Source of the DNA: Squalus acanthias
Taxonomy: Eukaryota
Direction: 5' to 3'
Assembly: GCA_030390025.1 (NCBI GenBank)
Contig: CM059433.1
Location: forward strand, 22,756,001-22,816,000
DNA length: 60,000 nucleotides
The notes under the pieces are model-generated. The model saw only the letters and a program-made list of their open reading frames with translations. It ran no database searches and had not been told where the DNA came from. Within the stretch, counting starts at the first letter, position 1, and the number at the start of each line of letters is the position of its first letter. Below are positions 57,182-60,000 of this stretch, piece after piece. The position numbers and the translations under genes were made by a program.

Positions 57182-59533
57182 TTACACGGTGCTCTCATCG
57201 TGCACGCGCACGTAACGTTCTCGCCACTCTCCCGTGTTTTCATGCTTGGTGAGGCGTTTGTCTCTTTTACAATGTATGACCAATAGGTACACTACAATAA
57301 ACACTTGACATACGACTAAAATGTGGGAGGCTATTCTGATCCATGAAGGCACTTCAATATTAGTGAACAGATTCCACCACGGTGGAACTACTATGTCCAT
57401 AATGTCTGTTCCTATTTCGACAGTTTTCTGCTCTAATGTATAAAAATGTTTCTGTGATACCGCGACGGCTTTCAGAAGTTTGGTTAAATGTTCAGGGAGA
57501 GGGGGAATGAGGTATCCAAAATGCGCGACAAATCGCTGCAAGTCGGTGAAATTCTCTTTTACTGTGAGATGAACAGTGGATGGTTCAGGGATTGGGATAA
57601 TTCGCTGTTGTGCTACTTGAACTTCAGCCCTGGGTTTAAAACAGAAACTGCTGTCACTCACCGGACACCGGCTACGGTTTCCATGCTGGTAGTGTTGTGC
57701 TGCAGTGGTAACACAATATGTTCCACCCCCGATGTATGCTACCTGCGGAGGCACATGATCTTGTGCCATTGCCTCCATGGTGCAATTCATGGACTTGGCG
57801 CCAGCCGTTCTGAACCCGCACTGTGGTGTTAAAAAGGCATTCAAGTGCTGGGGGCACAGTATTATGTGTGCTCCCCTACCACGACAACCAGAGAGATCTG
57901 TACCTGTCATCGTTTGCTCCCAGCGGATGACGTAAGGTGGAACCGCTGCGTAACGAATGTGGGCTCCCCCCTGAATGACACCAATGTTCTCTACCCGATA
58001 TACCGGGGCGGGCTTTGCTGTGTCGCCCAAAACCGGCATGCGTAATACTATTCCCATAATAGTATGGTTTGATCGTCCGCAGTCCACGGGGACTGGGTAA
58101 GCTTCTGAAGCTAGCCTGAGCTGGCACGGACTTAATGCGTTCTGAAAAGGGTGGAGCGCCCGTAGGTGTTTGTTACTTATCCAGGACGGAACCAAACCTT
58201 GTTTTAAATCCTCCAAATTACTGCGGCCCTCGCCCAGTAACCACGCCCCGTAAAGCACGCACACCTCGTTCTGCGCAGCTTGATCGGATGCATTCCGATC
58301 TTCCCTGATCAGGGCATTTACCGTACGCGCATGTTTCTCCAGCTCTGCTATAATTTCCTTTAAATGGAGGGTCATGGCTTGGTCCTCGTGTAGACCTGAC
58401 CCTACCACTTTATTCTCATCTGTTAGAATGTCTTTTAACTGTGTTTTTAAACCATTAATCTGGGTCTGCAGCTCCACACTGTCTAGAGCGTTGACCACAG
58501 ATGTCCCTGTGTTAAAAGCAGTGAACGCATCGTTCACCAAACCCCTTCTTTGCCTCCCTACTTGATCCAAAACTTCCTGCGGTGCGGTGTACAAACTTGT
58601 CTTATCAATTTCTGCAAAATCAAACTCGTAAAATTGTCTGAACATCTTGGTCAACAGGACCTGATACAACTGTTCCGTCTTTTTGGGGCACCACTCTGGT
58701 AACCGTACCTCAGTGAGATTTAAAATCACCGAGGCCACCGCGTAATGTACCCCCTGAAAGAGTATCTGGTCTGTGGGGACCAGTACCAAACCATTCCCGG
58801 GTCCCTTACTAGTTTTAGGGCACCCTTCTTCCTCAGCTAGAACCACCGGAATCGTGGGCGGGGCTTTGCGTGGGCGCGTAATGAGCTCAGTGGCATTTAC
58901 TGGGATCGGGGAGAATGGGGCTCCGCACCCCCTGGTGCTCGCATCCCACCTCATCCCCTGTCCGTTATCCTGCCATTGATTAATAAAAAATATGGAGATG
59001 CCTTTGGGGCAAACGTACTTTGACCCCCACATACATACATAAATTCCCTCATCCGGTTCCCACCATTTGTCCCAACAGACTTTCACTTGTCCGTCTGTCC
59101 CCGTAATTGTCCGATGGGTATTATTACCCAGTCGTTCCCACTCGACCGAAGAGTTTCTCATAGTTTTGCTCAGCTTTCGCAGCCACCACCATCGGCTCAA
59201 TGGGACCTTCCCACTACAAGTCAAACAAATCCGTTTGCCGACGGTGACGCTGATCCTGGGTGCGATGATCCTTACTTTGGGGCACAGTAAAGAAGTCTCT
59301 TGGTAGGCAAACCCCGATGTGCTGGAATACTCCGTTGAGTTCGTTCCCAGCCATCCTGGCCACCTTCCCTTGTGGAAATAGGTGCTGGTCCCCTCTGCCT
59401 TCCGTCTTCCGGTCCCATCCACCGCGATGGGGGCCGTGTCCCCGGAACATCCAAACACCACGACATCCTTGGTGTGGCCTCGATAGGCCAATCCACATCC
59501 GATCGCTGCGAGCACTATCAGAATCCTTTCCAT
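57182..59533 (-). CDS. env: Intact envelope glycoprotein: signal peptide, Ig-like domain, F-type class I fusion ectodomain, TM and short tail
   Basis: 783 aa uninterrupted; signal MERILIVLAAIGCGLA; furin site RQRR|GLVNDAF at aa 327-330 (58544-58555); heptad-like region after the fusion peptide; Cys-rich beta region; several N-X-S/T sequons; TM IASHILVVCQVFIVVYLLVIHC then KRDKR; lies just upstream of PPT and LTR. Confidence 0.88.
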   Translation of the reverse strand: MERILIVLAAIGCGLAYRGHTKDVVVFGCSGDTAPIAVDGTGRRKAEGTSTYFHKGRWPGWLGTNSTEYSSTSGFAYQETSLLCPKVRIIAPRISVTVGKRICLTCSGKVPLSRWWWLRKLSKTMRNSSVEWERLGNNTHRTITGTDGQVKVCWDKWWEPDEGIYVCMWGSKYVCPKGISIFFINQWQDNGQGMRWDASTRGCGAPFSPIPVNATELITRPRKAPPTIPVVLAEEEGCPKTSKGPGNGLVLVPTDQILFQGVHYAVASVILNLTEVRLPEWCPKKTEQLYQVLLTKMFRQFYEFDFAEIDKTSLYTAPQEVLDQVGRQRRGLVNDAFTAFNTGTSVVNALDSVELQTQINGLKTQLKDILTDENKVVGSGLHEDQAMTLHLKEIIAELEKHARTVNALIREDRNASDQAAQNEVCVLYGAWLLGEGRSNLEDLKQGLVPSWISNKHLRALHPFQNALSPCQLRLASEAYPVPVDCGRSNHTIMGIVLRMPVLGDTAKPAPVYRVENIGVIQGGAHIRYAAVPPYVIRWEQTMTGTDLSGCRGRGAHIILCPQHLNAFLTPQCGFRTAGAKSMNCTMEAMAQDHVPPQVAYIGGGTYCVTTAAQHYQHGNRSRCPVSDSSFCFKPRAEVQVAQQRIIPIPEPSTVHLTVKENFTDLQRFVAHFGYLIPPLPEHLTKLLKAVAVSQKHFYTLEQKTVEIGTDIMDIVVPPWWNLFTNIEVPSWIRIASHILVVCQVFIVVYLLVIHCKRDKRLTKHENTGEWRERYVRVHDESTV

Positions 59534-59545
59534 CTTTCCTGGTTC

Positions 59546-59562
59546 CTGTGATCAGATAAAAT
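59546..59562 (-). promoter_or_regulatory. Putative env splice acceptor
   Basis: Minus strand TTTTATCTGATCACAG|G, 12 nt upstream of an ATG in strong Kozak context (AAGATGG). Confidence 0.55.
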
Positions 59563-59741
59563 GCTGTAGCCAGCCTCCCAAGAGTCTCTGGCTTTTGTGA
59601 AGGGTGAGCGGGTCCCTTGACCTCGTCTCACGTAAAAAGACATGTATGCTGGATAGACTTTAACTATTCCTATCTCTAACTCCCATCATTTATTGTTTTC
59701 TGTTAAAAACACTACAAACTTAGCCTTATTAAAATTACAAC

Positions 59742-59835
59742 CTTAACCTTGAACTATAAACTTAAAACTTAACCTTGAACTATAAACTTAAAACTTAACC
59801 TTGAACTATAAACTTAAAACTTAAAACTTATAACT
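59742..59835. repeat. 26-bp AT-rich tandem repeat, 3 copies plus partial
   Basis: Unit CTTAACCTTGAACTATAAACTTAAAA at 59742, 59768, 59794. Confidence 0.9.
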
Positions 59836-59916
59836 TTACAGTGCCGCCCGTTCTCAGGGCGGCCCCTTTAAATTCTGAGAAGGCTGCTGCGAGCTCTTCC
59901 CGACGGTGGGAGGGCA

Positions 59917-59995
59917 CTGACCCTTCCCTCTGATCTGCCGCAGCCTGTTGCTGCGCTGACCCTTCCCTCTGATCTGCCGCAGCCTGTTACTGCTG
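59917..59995. repeat. 39-bp direct repeat, 2 copies
   Basis: CTGACCCTTCCCTCTGATCTGCCGCAGCCTGTTRCTGC at 59917 and 59956. Confidence 0.85.
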
Positions 59996-60000
59996 CGATG

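Noticed and set aside
59843..59872. -1 frameshift signal (T TTA AAG plus 7-bp GCCGCCC/GGGCGGC hairpin, minus strand)
   Set aside because: Spacer is only 2 nt and the shifted frame stops after ~14 codons; the hairpin is present but function is unsupported.

Overview
Repeat-dense vertebrate genomic DNA, probably from a cartilaginous fish (inferred from SacSINE1-like Deu-domain SINEs and the CR1, L2, Harbinger and Penelope content). No host protein-coding gene can be called confidently. The window contains decayed CR1, L2 and RTE LINE fragments, tRNA-derived SINEs, a full-length but catalytically damaged two-gene Harbinger transposon (9289-13361) with many related MITEs, a solo LTR, and a young Neptune-type Penelope insertion (41.06-47.81 kb) with partial-tandem plus inverted structure and minimal hammerhead ribozymes. 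The standout is at the right edge: the 3' end of a minus-strand LTR element with a ~1.68-kb LTR, a polypurine tract and an intact 783-aa envelope gene. The protein looks like a paramyxovirus/baculovirus-F-type (lokiretrovirus-like) fusion protein with an immunoglobulin-like domain at its N-terminus, and no integrase C-terminus is visible in the ~470 bp upstream of it. A 500-N assembly gap lies at 18140-18639. All family and fold assignments are by motif recognition only; no searches were run.
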